A stretch of DNA of 64,000 nt from Methanobacteriota archaeon (lineage in GTDB: Archaea; Thermoplasmatota; Thermoplasmata; SG8-5; DAIRED01), in the NCBI GenBank assembly GCA_043799545.1, contig JAZDNO010000006.1, positions 3,413 to 67,412 on the forward strand. The letters run 5' to 3'. The translations under genes and the position numbers were made by a program. The notes beneath the pieces are model-generated. The model searched no databases. It was given only the letters and a program-made list of their open reading frames with translations, and was not told the DNA's origin. Every line of letters begins with the position of its first letter. The stretch's first letter is position 1. This document shows, one piece after another, positions 35,837-45,742 of this stretch.

Positions 35837-37267
35837 CTAAGCACCCCCCAGGCGCAGGCCGCGGAGGCGCATGTGCGGGCCGCCCATGCCGACGGGCACA
35901 CCCTGACCAGGCTCTCCTTTTCCGCACGTTCCGACCGAGAGGAAGAAGTCGCTGCCAACGGCGTCGACAGCCGACCAGAAATCAGGGGTCGTGACCTCGA
36001 TGCGCGGGTCTTTGACGGGGCCCTTGAGCTCTCCCTTCTCGATGAGGAACGCCTCCCGGCCGACGTACTTCTGGTTGTAGCGCGTGTCGTCGATGTTCCA
36101 CTCGTTGAACGAATTGACGTAGACGCCGAGCTTGACGTCCTCGATGAGCTCTTCGAACTTGTGGTCTCCTGGCTTGACGAAAGTGTTGGCCATCCTGACC
36201 AGCGGCTCGCGGTTGAATCCGTCCGCCCTCGCCGAGCCGTTGCTGCTGCGTAAACCGGCTCTCGCGGCAGTCTCCCTGTTGTGCAGGAACTCGTTGATGA
36301 TGCCGTTTTTCATCAGAGTTCGAGGCCTGGCCTTGACCCCCTCGTCGTCGTAAAGGTAATGGCCGTAGCTGCCGGGGAGCGTCGGGTCCTCAATCACCGT
36401 AGCGGCCTTGCTCCCTATGCGCTTTCCGAGCATGTCCAGCTTTACAAATGACTCCCCGGCTTGGGCAGCCTCGCGCCCCATTATCCTGTCAGCCTCGTAC
36501 GGATGTCCGCAGCTCTCGTGCGTCGCTATTCCCGTGACCTCCGGGCCAACGACAATGTCAATCTTCCCCTTCGGCGGCGCCTTGCCCTTGGTGAGGTTCG
36601 CATTGAGAATCCTGCACTCCCTCTCCATCCTCCCTGGACCGTCGAGCGCCAACATCGCTTCCCAGCCACCCGTGCCGCCCATCCAGAGCATCGCCTGCGC
36701 GTTTTTTCCTTTTGCGTTTACTGTCGCAGTCGCGGACATGTAAACTATTGGCGTTGTCGTGCGTATCCTGGCTCCGTCGGAGTTCACGAAAAGCTTCTCC
36801 GACTTCGTAAGCTGCATGTAGAGGTTGCGCCCCGGGACCTTCACTCCCTCGGGCACGGACTTGTCCACTTCGTTCAAAAGCGCGAGCTTCTCCTCTCGCG
36901 ATACGCTGGAAAGTTTTCGCTTCTCCTTCACCGCCACCGTGGCGACGTGCGCCTTCTCGCTGCAGAGCCTGATTTTGCGCTTTGCGCGCTTGGCCGCTGC
37001 TCCAGCGAGGCGCACGCAGCGCTCGGCCTGGGCGTCCGCCGCCTCGGGCGTAAGCCTGTCCAGCGAGGCGAAGGCTAGGGCTCCGCCGACGAGGGCGCGC
37101 ATCCCTATGCCCGTGGCGCGCGACTCGTTGGCCGCGTCGAGATTGCCCTTCCTCATAACGTAGTACTCGTAGCTGACGTCCTCTATCCTCGCCTCGGCGT
37201 AACTGGCGCCCAGCGCCCCGAGCTTCTTCACAACCCTCTCCGCCAAATCATCGTCCATTTCCTTCAC
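35837..37267 (-). CDS. tldD: TldD-type metalloprotease (peptidase U62)
   Basis: HESCGH zinc motif and GxC motifs conserved in TldD. Confidence 0.8.
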   Translation of the reverse strand: MKEMDDDLAERVVKKLGALGASYAEARIEDVSYEYYVMRKGNLDAANESRATGIGMRALVGGALAFASLDRLTPEAADAQAERCVRLAGAAAKRAKRKIRLCSEKAHVATVAVKEKRKLSSVSREEKLALLNEVDKSVPEGVKVPGRNLYMQLTKSEKLFVNSDGARIRTTTPIVYMSATATVNAKGKNAQAMLWMGGTGGWEAMLALDGPGRMERECRILNANLTKGKAPPKGKIDIVVGPEVTGIATHESCGHPYEADRIMGREAAQAGESFVKLDMLGKRIGSKAATVIEDPTLPGSYGHYLYDDEGVKARPRTLMKNGIINEFLHNRETAARAGLRSSNGSARADGFNREPLVRMANTFVKPGDHKFEELIEDVKLGVYVNSFNEWNIDDTRYNQKYVGREAFLIEKGELKGPVKDPRIEVTTPDFWSAVDAVGSDFFLSVGTCGKGEPGQGVPVGMGGPHMRLRGLRLGGA

Positions 37268-38508
37268 CCCTTGAAGTCCATCAATGCAGTCTGACCTTTA
37301 AGGCTTTTTCGCACGGGCTTCTCGTCGGGCGGGGCTCCGCTGAGCGAGATGGTTCCGTACTGCCCCCCTCCTCCAGGAATCAGCCTGACCTTTCCCTCCC
37401 TGAACAGCCTCACGGCGCTCGCGACTTCCGGGCTTGCGATATTCTCTATCGGATCGTCGACGAGGACCGCGACCTCGCTTCCGGCCTTGGATACGAGCTT
37501 GGCCCAGAGGTCTCCGACGATTTTCGCGTTTGCGTTGGGGGCGCCGATGGCTTTCGCAATTATCTCGGAGAGCGGGATGATGTGCAGGTACTGCGGCCTG
37601 TGCTCCGGGTGCTTCGGCTCTGGGAGATCCGCTAGCTCCTCGATGCGGTCCCGGACGCCCTTCTTTACGACACCCCCGCAAACGCAACGCCATTTCAAAG
37701 CCATGGCCTGGCGCAAATCGTAATGCTTGAAGCAGGCGATGCAGGCGCTCTCGTTGTACTTTCCCTCCTCCGGCGGAAACCCGACGTTCAAAACGAATTT
37801 TCGCCCCCCTTCCCGCAAAATGGCCTTTCTCAGTTCCGCGAAGGTCACGCCCCTGACATCGAGCCTGTTGAACTCCCTGGCGATTCTGCTAGGGTAGGGG
37901 GAATGAGCGTCCGAGTTGGTGAGGAATGTGAGGCGGTGAAGCTCTGAAATCCGGTCGGCATAGTCAGTGTCCGCGCTCAACCCCAGCTCCGCGAAACTCG
38001 CCTTCGGGGCGAGGTCTCCGTAGCATCCCGCCAGCTTCGCATGGTGACCATACATGCCGGTCCAAGGAGTGAACGCGTGCGACGGGCCGAAGAGCGCGCC
38101 GCAATCGACCGCGGCCTGCGCAATCTCCCCTCCGCCCATATGGACTTTCGGGCGCCCGTCCGAATCGAGCGGCGAATGCCTGCCTTTCAATCCTTCGATG
38201 AAGCCCTCAACCGAAGCAACGTCCGGGAAGATGATGATGTGGTGGACTCGATGGTTGTCTTCGACCTCGGTCTGCAGAACGAACGAGACCTTCCCCAGGT
38301 CGAAGACGCCGTCGCGCTCCTTCGTCCCTTCCCGAATCTCGGCCAGCCATTTGGGGTGCAGGCAATCGCCAGTCGCTAGCAGGCGGATGCCCTTCTTCGG
38401 CGATTCCTCCGCAAGCGTCCGGACGGTCATGGCGCTGCTGGTTCCCATGGCGAACCTGCTGTGGATGTGGAGGTCTGCGTCGACGAGCACGCTCCCGCAT
38501 CGACTCAT
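37264..38508 (-). CDS. PHP-domain phosphoesterase with C-terminal Zn-ribbon (COG1379-like)
   Basis: N-terminal ADLHIHS PHP motif. C-terminal CIACFKHY...CVCGG ribbon. Confidence 0.6.
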   Translation of the reverse strand: MSRCGSVLVDADLHIHSRFAMGTSSAMTVRTLAEESPKKGIRLLATGDCLHPKWLAEIREGTKERDGVFDLGKVSFVLQTEVEDNHRVHHIIIFPDVASVEGFIEGLKGRHSPLDSDGRPKVHMGGGEIAQAAVDCGALFGPSHAFTPWTGMYGHHAKLAGCYGDLAPKASFAELGLSADTDYADRISELHRLTFLTNSDAHSPYPSRIAREFNRLDVRGVTFAELRKAILREGGRKFVLNVGFPPEEGKYNESACIACFKHYDLRQAMALKWRCVCGGVVKKGVRDRIEELADLPEPKHPEHRPQYLHIIPLSEIIAKAIGAPNANAKIVGDLWAKLVSKAGSEVAVLVDDPIENIASPEVASAVRLFREGKVRLIPGGGGQYGTISLSGAPPDEKPVRKSLKGQTALMDFKG

Positions 38509-38537
38509 TCGGTTAAATGGTTGCGGGACGCGGGAAC

Positions 38538-40310
38538 CTACGGTTTTTCAGTTTGGCACAAAAGCATCGCAAGAAGTGCCGCGTAAATCCCAAAGGCGGA
38601 GATGCCCAGCGCGGGCAACCACAATCCCACCTTCTCGTCCTCTACGACGAGGTCCATGTTCAATTCTCCTGGCCCGCCAGCGTCGGCGGTCGCCGGATGG
38701 GCGCCCACCGTTGATGCCGTTATCGTTCCGTTGACAAAATGGGTGGGGCAAAGAATCTTGACTTCGAAGCGCCCTGCTTCGCCGGTGGTGCCGTTCGCAC
38801 GCCCTCCATCCCCCCATCTGACCTCGACGAATGCTCCATCGATTGGAACGCCTTCTTTGTCCGTCACAGTCCCGTTGACGTGGAGCCAGGCCTCGATGAC
38901 GAGTTCCTCCGCGGGCTCGGCGATGGCCGCCAGGTTCCCGTCTTTTCCATAGATGTAAGCTGAGACGGGATACGTTCCGAAGGGAAGTCCTGTGAAACTC
39001 GCGGAGGCGTGGCCGGATGCGATGGTGCGCTCCTCGCTATCCATCGGCAGGCCATCGATAAGGAACACGGCAACCCCCTCAGCATCGGTGTCGACGGATA
39101 ATGTCGCGGCATCCATCGCGCCATCGCCATCAGTATCCTCCCGTTGGATGGAGAGGTCCGCACGATAATGCGGCGCCGGGGCATACGTTCCATAGGTGTC
39201 GAGGAACTCGGCCCACCCGGTGTCGGCGGCGAGGGCCAGCGCCCGATATGACGGAGTTGCGCCATTCAGCGGAAACCACACTGAAAGACCGTTCGCATGC
39301 TCCGCCGACTCGTCGCCGAGGCGCGTCCACGCGTCGCTGTAGACGATGGAGCCGTAAACGGCCTGCTCAAGGTCCCCCGTGAGTCCTGCTAGCATCCTGC
39401 TTCCGCCCTTGGAGGCGATGTTTTGCGCTAAGTGCGCCAAGTCGTATTCCGCGTCGCCATCGTATCTTTCCGTTGTACCGCGCGCGCTTGTTATGTTGTT
39501 GCGCAGGAGGCTGGTCGACCGTCGCAGTTCGTGTGCGAAGCTCGAAAAAGATTGCGCGACGGAACCCATCATTTTGAGGTCGATGACCGAGACTGTTGTC
39601 GAGTATGCGCTGTGGTTTCGGGCCCAGGACATGTAGGTCTGCGCAAGAAGAGTGCCCGCCAGGGACGCGACGCCGGCGAACTGAATACTCGAGAGCCAAT
39701 AGCCATAATGCCATCCCTCTGCAGGCACGTCCTTCTCCGACGCAACCAGCACATCGGCGCTGTTCCGGAGCTGGTACGCGACTTCGACCATCCCCATTTG
39801 GCAGGCGTCGATTGATAGCAAATCGGGCTCGTGGCCGGCGAGCGCGCACTCTATTTCAGGCATCGTGAGCCAGCTCCCGCGGTCCATGCAGACGCCGGGC
39901 CAGCCGGCGCCGTGTCCCCAGAGGTCGAGCGCGTGCATGCACTCCGGCTGCTGCGAATCCGCCCAGGACACGAAATCGCGTAGCGTTTCGGGTGCGCCCA
40001 TGTCGAGCTCCGGGCCCCATGACGCATTGATGGCCGCGAGCCCCAAATCGAGCCACGAATCTCCGCCGAACTCCAGCAACCTGGAGTCTCCGACCCCGTC
40101 CTGGTCCACCAAGGCAAAGACATCGACGCTCCCCTGAGAGACGAAGGATGTAATCTCGTCCAAATCCTGCTGCACGTTGTCGGACAGGGTGTTGTCGGCC
40201 GAAACGTAAATCGCAACGACCCAGTCGTAGCGCGCGGCCTGCGCCCCGGCAGGCAAACACCCAAGGCTCGTAAACAGCAACGCTAGCCCAAGAATTGCAG
40301 CGGCCTTCAT
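38538..40310 (-). CDS. secreted clostripain-like (C11) cysteine peptidase with signal peptide and C-terminal TM anchor
   Basis: Signal peptide MKAAAILGLALLFTSLGCLPAGAQA. C11 start WVVAIYVSADNTL. His/Cys dyad region LWGHGAGW...IDACQMG. C-terminal hydrophobic anchor. Confidence 0.6.
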   Translation of the reverse strand: MKAAAILGLALLFTSLGCLPAGAQAARYDWVVAIYVSADNTLSDNVQQDLDEITSFVSQGSVDVFALVDQDGVGDSRLLEFGGDSWLDLGLAAINASWGPELDMGAPETLRDFVSWADSQQPECMHALDLWGHGAGWPGVCMDRGSWLTMPEIECALAGHEPDLLSIDACQMGMVEVAYQLRNSADVLVASEKDVPAEGWHYGYWLSSIQFAGVASLAGTLLAQTYMSWARNHSAYSTTVSVIDLKMMGSVAQSFSSFAHELRRSTSLLRNNITSARGTTERYDGDAEYDLAHLAQNIASKGGSRMLAGLTGDLEQAVYGSIVYSDAWTRLGDESAEHANGLSVWFPLNGATPSYRALALAADTGWAEFLDTYGTYAPAPHYRADLSIQREDTDGDGAMDAATLSVDTDAEGVAVFLIDGLPMDSEERTIASGHASASFTGLPFGTYPVSAYIYGKDGNLAAIAEPAEELVIEAWLHVNGTVTDKEGVPIDGAFVEVRWGDGGRANGTTGEAGRFEVKILCPTHFVNGTITASTVGAHPATADAGGPGELNMDLVVEDEKVGLWLPALGISAFGIYAALLAMLLCQTEKP

Positions 40311-40353
40311 TGTTGCCGATTAGGCCCACCCGGCGTAATAAACTTTTGCCGTT

Positions 40354-42117
40354 TCACTGGCCCAACAGCTCCCAGAGCAGTCTCTCCTGGTCGTCGTTGA
40401 GGGCAAGCAGCACCTTCTCGAGCCTCTCCCTGCGCTCCTTCGGGACGCGGCCAACGGCCAGGTACTTATCTATCTTCTGACCCAGCTTCTCCAGCTGCTG
40501 CTTGCTGCGCACCGCGGTGGGCATTACGCGCTTAAGCTCCCCTCGCTCGGCCAGCGCCCTGAACTCGTCCCGCAGGCGGAACTTCTGCACCTTCCCGCGT
40601 CCGCTCAGGGGCAACGCCATCCCTATCGTAACATACCGTGGAACCTTGGCGCTGGCCACGTTGCCGTAAAGGTGGTCGACGACATCCTCCGGCGTCAGCG
40701 ACGCCCCAGGCAACGGTATCACTGCCGCCCCGACGACCTCTCCCAAATCTTTGTCGGGAACGCCGAAAACGGCGACCTCCTGGATGAGAGGATGCTTCAT
40801 CAGCTCCTCCTCGATTTCAGTCGGATAGACGTTGAATCCGCCGACAATGACCATGTCCTTCTTCCGCCCGACTATGGCGTAGTATCCGTCCTTGTCCAGC
40901 ACGGCGAGGTCGCCGCTGTGGAGCCAGCCCTCAGGGTCGATCGCCAAATCCGTCGCCTCGCGAGCCTTGTAGTAGCCCTTCATCACGTTGTATCCGCGGC
41001 AGCACAATTCGCCCACTGTGCCCTGCGGGACCGGATGGTTCTCATCGTCCACGATCCGAACCTCGACCTCTGGCAGCTCCTTTCCGACTGTCTCGACCCT
41101 CTTCTCCACCGGGTCCTCGAACCTTGTCATCGTGATGAGTGGGGAGGCCTCTGTCAGCCCGTAGCCGATGCACACGTTGCAGTGCAGGCTCTCCATCACG
41201 TCGCGCATAGTCTCGACCGGGCACGGCGCCCCCGCCATGATTCCGGTCCTCAATGTCGAAACGTCATACTTCTGCCTGTCCAGCACCTCCAATTCGCGTA
41301 TGAACATCGTCGGCACGCCGTGCAGGATGGTGCACTTCTCTTTCTCGATCAGGTCAAGCACATCCTCGGCGTTGAACGCTTTGACGGGGACCATCGTGGC
41401 GCCGTATGCGGCGCACAGCGTGAGGCTGAGCACGTTGCCGAAGCAGTGCGAGAACGGGACGGGGATGAGCATCCTGTCGCGCTGGCTGGTCTCTATCACG
41501 CGACCGACGTCGGTGGCGTTGCGGACGACGTTGTTGTGGGTGAGCATCGCCCCCTTCGGCTTGCCCGTCGTTCCCGAGGTGTACAAAATGAAAGCAACGT
41601 CGTCCGGGTCTATGGAGCGCATGAGGTTGAAAAAATTCGGCGTGGTCCGCCATTCGATGCCGGACTGCTGGATATCCTCGAATCTCAGCGTGTCCGCGCC
41701 CGGCTCGCCCGAAACGACGACGTGCTTGAGGATGGGGAGCCTCGTTTTGATAGTGGCGACCATCTCGACATAGTCCGCGCCTTGGTACTTGTCGGCGACT
41801 AAGACCGCGACTGACTCAGAATGTCCGAGAATGTACTCGGCCTCGGAAGGCTTGTACCAAGTGTCCATGGGTATTATGACCGCGCCGAGCTTAGAGAGAG
41901 CGAACCAGGAGACAATCCACTCTGCGGAGTTGGGCATCCAGAGCCCGACCTTGTCGTCCTTTGCGATTCCGAGCTTCATCAGGCCGACGGCGAGCTTGTT
42001 GGACTCCTCGTTGAGCTGGGCCCAGGTTATCCTTCGGTCTCCGAAAATTATCGACTCCTTGTCTGGGAAGACGAGAGCGCACCTGTCGAGGAGCGCGCCC
42101 ACTGTCAGTTTGTCCAT
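40354..42117 (-). CDS. AMP-forming acyl-CoA synthetase with ~80-aa C-terminal extension
   Basis: AMP-binding motif YTSGTTGKPKGAM, and GYGLTE. Start re-set to MDKLTVG at 42117. Confidence 0.85.
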   Translation of the reverse strand: MDKLTVGALLDRCALVFPDKESIIFGDRRITWAQLNEESNKLAVGLMKLGIAKDDKVGLWMPNSAEWIVSWFALSKLGAVIIPMDTWYKPSEAEYILGHSESVAVLVADKYQGADYVEMVATIKTRLPILKHVVVSGEPGADTLRFEDIQQSGIEWRTTPNFFNLMRSIDPDDVAFILYTSGTTGKPKGAMLTHNNVVRNATDVGRVIETSQRDRMLIPVPFSHCFGNVLSLTLCAAYGATMVPVKAFNAEDVLDLIEKEKCTILHGVPTMFIRELEVLDRQKYDVSTLRTGIMAGAPCPVETMRDVMESLHCNVCIGYGLTEASPLITMTRFEDPVEKRVETVGKELPEVEVRIVDDENHPVPQGTVGELCCRGYNVMKGYYKAREATDLAIDPEGWLHSGDLAVLDKDGYYAIVGRKKDMVIVGGFNVYPTEIEEELMKHPLIQEVAVFGVPDKDLGEVVGAAVIPLPGASLTPEDVVDHLYGNVASAKVPRYVTIGMALPLSGRGKVQKFRLRDEFRALAERGELKRVMPTAVRSKQQLEKLGQKIDKYLAVGRVPKERRERLEKVLLALNDDQERLLWELLGQ

Positions 42118-42190
42118 GAATATCGCTCCGAGGCGCCGTAAAGCGGGGATTGGAATAAGCTTTTTCCCTGGTTGGCCTCCTGGTTTCGCA

Positions 42191-43369
42191 TCACCTGCCC
42201 AGATGCTCCAACATCCTCTCGGCAACCTTGCGGGCGCCGTCGTGCCGCACCGCAAGCTCCTGAAGCCGCTTGGCGCTCTTCTCGTAGTCTTCGGCACGGC
42301 TCACCATATCATCCAGCGCCTCACGCAAAGTGTCCCGGTCGACCGAGGCCTGATCGACGACGCGGGCCGAACCATGGTCTGCCATCGCCCTGGCGTTTCC
42401 CTCCTGCTCCGACTGCGTCGGTGTGGGAATCAGGACGCAGGCCTTTCCAAACCTGGCAATCTCGGAAAGGGTTGTGAGCCCGGGCCGCGATACGACTACG
42501 GAGCACGCCTTCAGAAGTTCGAACCTGCTGTCCGTCCAGCCGCGCACGTTCACTCGGCTTCCCAGCCATTCGGATGAGGCGTCTGAGGGATCGCCCTTGA
42601 CTATCAGCGATTTGCGATCGAACTCGGGCAGTACGCTTTTCAAGGCGTCGATGATGGGGGCGCGCGTCCGGCCAGGCCCGCTCACGGCCGCGTAGACGAA
42701 CAGCCCGCCGTCGAAGCCGTTGCGCCTGCAAATCTCGCCCCTCTCAGGAAAATCCTCGGGCTTGGCTCGATAGATAGGGCCTACGAACGTCAACCGTTTC
42801 ATCAAGCGCTCCGGAACAGCGGCGTTGTCCCTCGAAATAGTGTCTGGGGGCGGGAAGTCCGGGAAGAATATCGCCTCAGCCCTCCGCAGCCAGTGGTGAT
42901 TCGCCCGCGTGATTCTGTTGCTCGCCCAACGCATCAGATATCGTTCCTCCCATCGTGGCATCAGGAACCTTATCTGGTTTGACAGGAAGAAATGTGGGGC
43001 GTCGTAGTGCCCGGTCGCGAAGACGGTCGAGTACCTGGTGTCGACGAGGATGGCATCCGGCTTCACGTGCGAGAGCCTCTTCCGCTCCTGCTCCATGTGG
43101 ATGCCGAACTTTCGGATGTAGAGTCCCATCTTGGCCACGGAGCTGGTGACGGCAATCGAGCCGTCCTGGTACTCGTCCCACATTAGCACCGGCGAATCGT
43201 AGGCCTCGTATCCGGCGGCGGTGATGTATTTGTAAGCTGGCCCATAGGTCGAGAAGATGCACTCCACCCCGTTGTCCCGAAGGATGTCCGCCACTGCGAC
43301 GACCCGCCCGATGTGGCCCAGCCCTATCCCGCAGGCGGAGATATAGACTTTTTTCTTCGCGCTCGACAT
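42191..43369 (-). CDS. UDP-glycosyltransferase / MGT (GT1/GT28-like) family protein
   Basis: N-terminal KVYISACGIGLGHIGRVVAVADIL. C-terminal GT-B donor-binding region. Start re-set to MSSAKKK at 43369. Confidence 0.6.
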   Translation of the reverse strand: MSSAKKKVYISACGIGLGHIGRVVAVADILRDNGVECIFSTYGPAYKYITAAGYEAYDSPVLMWDEYQDGSIAVTSSVAKMGLYIRKFGIHMEQERKRLSHVKPDAILVDTRYSTVFATGHYDAPHFFLSNQIRFLMPRWEERYLMRWASNRITRANHHWLRRAEAIFFPDFPPPDTISRDNAAVPERLMKRLTFVGPIYRAKPEDFPERGEICRRNGFDGGLFVYAAVSGPGRTRAPIIDALKSVLPEFDRKSLIVKGDPSDASSEWLGSRVNVRGWTDSRFELLKACSVVVSRPGLTTLSEIARFGKACVLIPTPTQSEQEGNARAMADHGSARVVDQASVDRDTLREALDDMVSRAEDYEKSAKRLQELAVRHDGARKVAERMLEHLGR

Positions 43370-43439
43370 GCGGAGGTGGATGAATGGATGGCATATAAAA
43401 TACGTTAGTTTTATGAACGACGAGGCCATCCACGCGCCA

Positions 43440-44630
43440 ATGGCGAAAAAGTCGAGCGCGCTAAGCCGACTCCCCCTCCAGTTCTGGAAGCCGATGCGAA
43501 GGCATCCCACGCTGATGCTCGGAATGATGCGCGGGGCATACAAAAAGTACGTCACTGCCAACAGAGCCCACGGTCGGGCGGACGGGACGAGCGACGCCCT
43601 CTGGCTGATAAGCATGAGGATAACCGCGCGCTGCAACCACCGCTGCGCCATATGCGGCCAGCAGGGGGAGAAGGGATACAACAGGCTCGAGAACGTCCAA
43701 AAACCGACCGACGAAGTCCCTGTCGAAACGTACATGCGGATGGTGGACGAGGTAAAGCACCTCAAGCCGCACATCTACATAACGGGCGGCGAGCCGTTCC
43801 TCTATAAAGATTTGATTCCCCTGGTCAGATACATGAAGCAGAACGGCCTTTCTGTTCAAGTAGTCACGAATGGCGTGGGGCTGGAGAAGAACGCCGAGGC
43901 GATTGTGGACGACGAATGGGACATGCTATGCGTTTCGTTGGACGGACCGAGGGAAGTGCACGACAAGTGCCGCGGGCTGGTCGGCGCCTACGATACGATG
44001 CAGAGGGGAATGCGAAAGATACAGAAGATAAAGAAAGAGAAGAAAAAGAAATACCCGACGTTCTACACCCTATCGACCCTTTCGCAGGCGAACCAGGCGA
44101 ACCTGATGGACACGCTCCGCGAGGCCGAGGACCTTGAGCCAGACGTGATCGGCGTCTATTACTCTTGGTTCACCAGCGAAGAGGTCGGGTGCAGGCATTC
44201 TGAAATCATCAAGAAGGAGCTCGGCGTCGAGCCTTTCGCCTGGAAGAGCTACGCCAGGGACATGTCCGGCATGGACCCGGAAATCATTGCAGAAACGGTG
44301 AGCAGGGTAAAGAAAACGAAATTCAGGGCTCCCGTAGTCTTTATCCCTCAGATACAGCCGGACGAGATCGAGGAGTACTACCACCACCCGGAGAGCTTCC
44401 TGGGCTGGAAGAAATGCCTGGCTCCGTGGTTCCAGATCGACATCATGCCGAACGGCGACGTGGTGAACTGCCGCGATTTTCCCGACATTCACATGGGGAA
44501 TATGCAGAAGACGCCGTTGCTGGACATCTACAACGGCGAGATGTTCAGGAGGTACAGGAAGGCGCTCGCCAAGCAGCCGGACGGGGTGTTCCCGCTGTGC
44601 TCTAGGTGCTGCGGGCTGATGGGGTACTGA
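43440..44630 (+). CDS. radical SAM protein with C-terminal SPASM-like Cys cluster
   Basis: CNHRCAICGQ CxxxCxxC motif. C-terminal segment C...C...CSRCCG. A TATA-like ATATAAAAT lies at 43393. An alternative ATG at 43413 is too close to it. Confidence 0.7.
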   Translation: MAKKSSALSRLPLQFWKPMRRHPTLMLGMMRGAYKKYVTANRAHGRADGTSDALWLISMRITARCNHRCAICGQQGEKGYNRLENVQKPTDEVPVETYMRMVDEVKHLKPHIYITGGEPFLYKDLIPLVRYMKQNGLSVQVVTNGVGLEKNAEAIVDDEWDMLCVSLDGPREVHDKCRGLVGAYDTMQRGMRKIQKIKKEKKKKYPTFYTLSTLSQANQANLMDTLREAEDLEPDVIGVYYSWFTSEEVGCRHSEIIKKELGVEPFAWKSYARDMSGMDPEIIAETVSRVKKTKFRAPVVFIPQIQPDEIEEYYHHPESFLGWKKCLAPWFQIDIMPNGDVVNCRDFPDIHMGNMQKTPLLDIYNGEMFRRYRKALAKQPDGVFPLCSRCCGLMGY

Positions 44631-44647
44631 GAGTTTTCCTGGCGCAT

Positions 44648-44700
44648 GTTTTGCTGAAGTTGAAACTATACTTTCAAGTTTCGCGCGAAAGTTGAAAATA
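44648..44700. promoter_or_regulatory. cluster of palindromes upstream of the GIY-YIG gene: TTGAAACTATACTTTCAA (44660..44677), GTTTCGCGCGAAAG (44678..44691), and a second TTGAAA at 44692
   Basis: Perfect 6-N6-6 inverted repeat and a TTCGCGCGAA palindrome, read directly in an AT-rich spacer. Confidence 0.45.
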
Positions 44701-44784
44701 TGATGTTGACTTTCCCATAATTATTAGATGGAGCGGACGAAACAATTATTACATGGAACTTGTTTCTTCACGTTGGTGTAGGTT

Positions 44785-45636
44785 ATGATTGGCGTAGCTA
44801 AATTGCTTGGAATTGAGGAGTTCGTAGAGAATATCAAAGTACACATGGCTACGGAGCCGGGGGATGCCTACAGGCCATTGAAAGAATATGAAGCAGGGAT
44901 AGAATCTTTCAAGAAATGGCAGGACTACCAAGGCAACGATATCTTCAAGAGGAAATATGTAGCTTCGTTCGTCCAATATCGTAAGAACGTCTGGTTGTTT
45001 GTCGGGGTCTGGGAGATTAAGGGTTTCGTTAATAAACCACGCGATAAGGATGCAGGGGATTGGGCTAATCCGGGAGCCAAGATACGTTATAATTCTTCCC
45101 TCACGAGTTACGGGAAGGATTTGGTCGGACGCTTGCTCATAGACTGGGTGCGCACCCAACGAGACCGAAATTCATACCGGAACGGTGAGAATTTTTTCCA
45201 TCAATTAGGTGTGAAATACATCAAAGAGAAGAAGCATGAAACATCCGAATACCCAGGTCCCGATGATGTTCACCTTACGCACTCAGAACTCACGACTATT
45301 GTCGATAAAGAGGTGGAGTCTTGGAAAGTTTCCTTGTCCTATCTAAAAGGAGTCTATTTAATAATGGACAATAAAACGGGCAAAGGTTACGTTGGTAGCG
45401 CTACAGGCGAGGATTATCTCTGGCAGAGATGGTGTCAATATGCAAAAACGGGGCATGGTGGCAACAAGCTACTGGTGCGCCTTTTAAAAAAGGAGGGCGA
45501 TGACTACGCTGACAACTTTACGTTTTCTCTATTACAGGTCTTCAACCCCTCTGTTGATGATAACGTTGTGATTGAGCGTGAAAGTTTCTGGAAGAGTGTT
45601 TTACTCACACGAGATTTCGGGTATAACGACAATTGA
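44785..45636 (+). CDS. GIY-YIG nuclease-domain protein (C-terminal ~100 aa) with ~185-aa N-terminal domain of unknown function; lies in an AT-rich island
   Basis: GIY-YIG elements GVYLIMD ... GYVGSA ... QRW ... GHGGN ... IERESFW ... GYN. GC content is well below that of the flanks. Confidence 0.6.
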   Translation: MIGVAKLLGIEEFVENIKVHMATEPGDAYRPLKEYEAGIESFKKWQDYQGNDIFKRKYVASFVQYRKNVWLFVGVWEIKGFVNKPRDKDAGDWANPGAKIRYNSSLTSYGKDLVGRLLIDWVRTQRDRNSYRNGENFFHQLGVKYIKEKKHETSEYPGPDDVHLTHSELTTIVDKEVESWKVSLSYLKGVYLIMDNKTGKGYVGSATGEDYLWQRWCQYAKTGHGGNKLLVRLLKKEGDDYADNFTFSLLQVFNPSVDDNVVIERESFWKSVLLTRDFGYNDN

Positions 45637-45742
45637 CACGAGGTTATTATAATCGAACAGCATAAAAGAAAGTATACGCTGGATTTTGTTATCATTACCT
45701 ATTTATACAAGCTTGCCTTCGAAGGACTGCTCTTTTCGAAGA

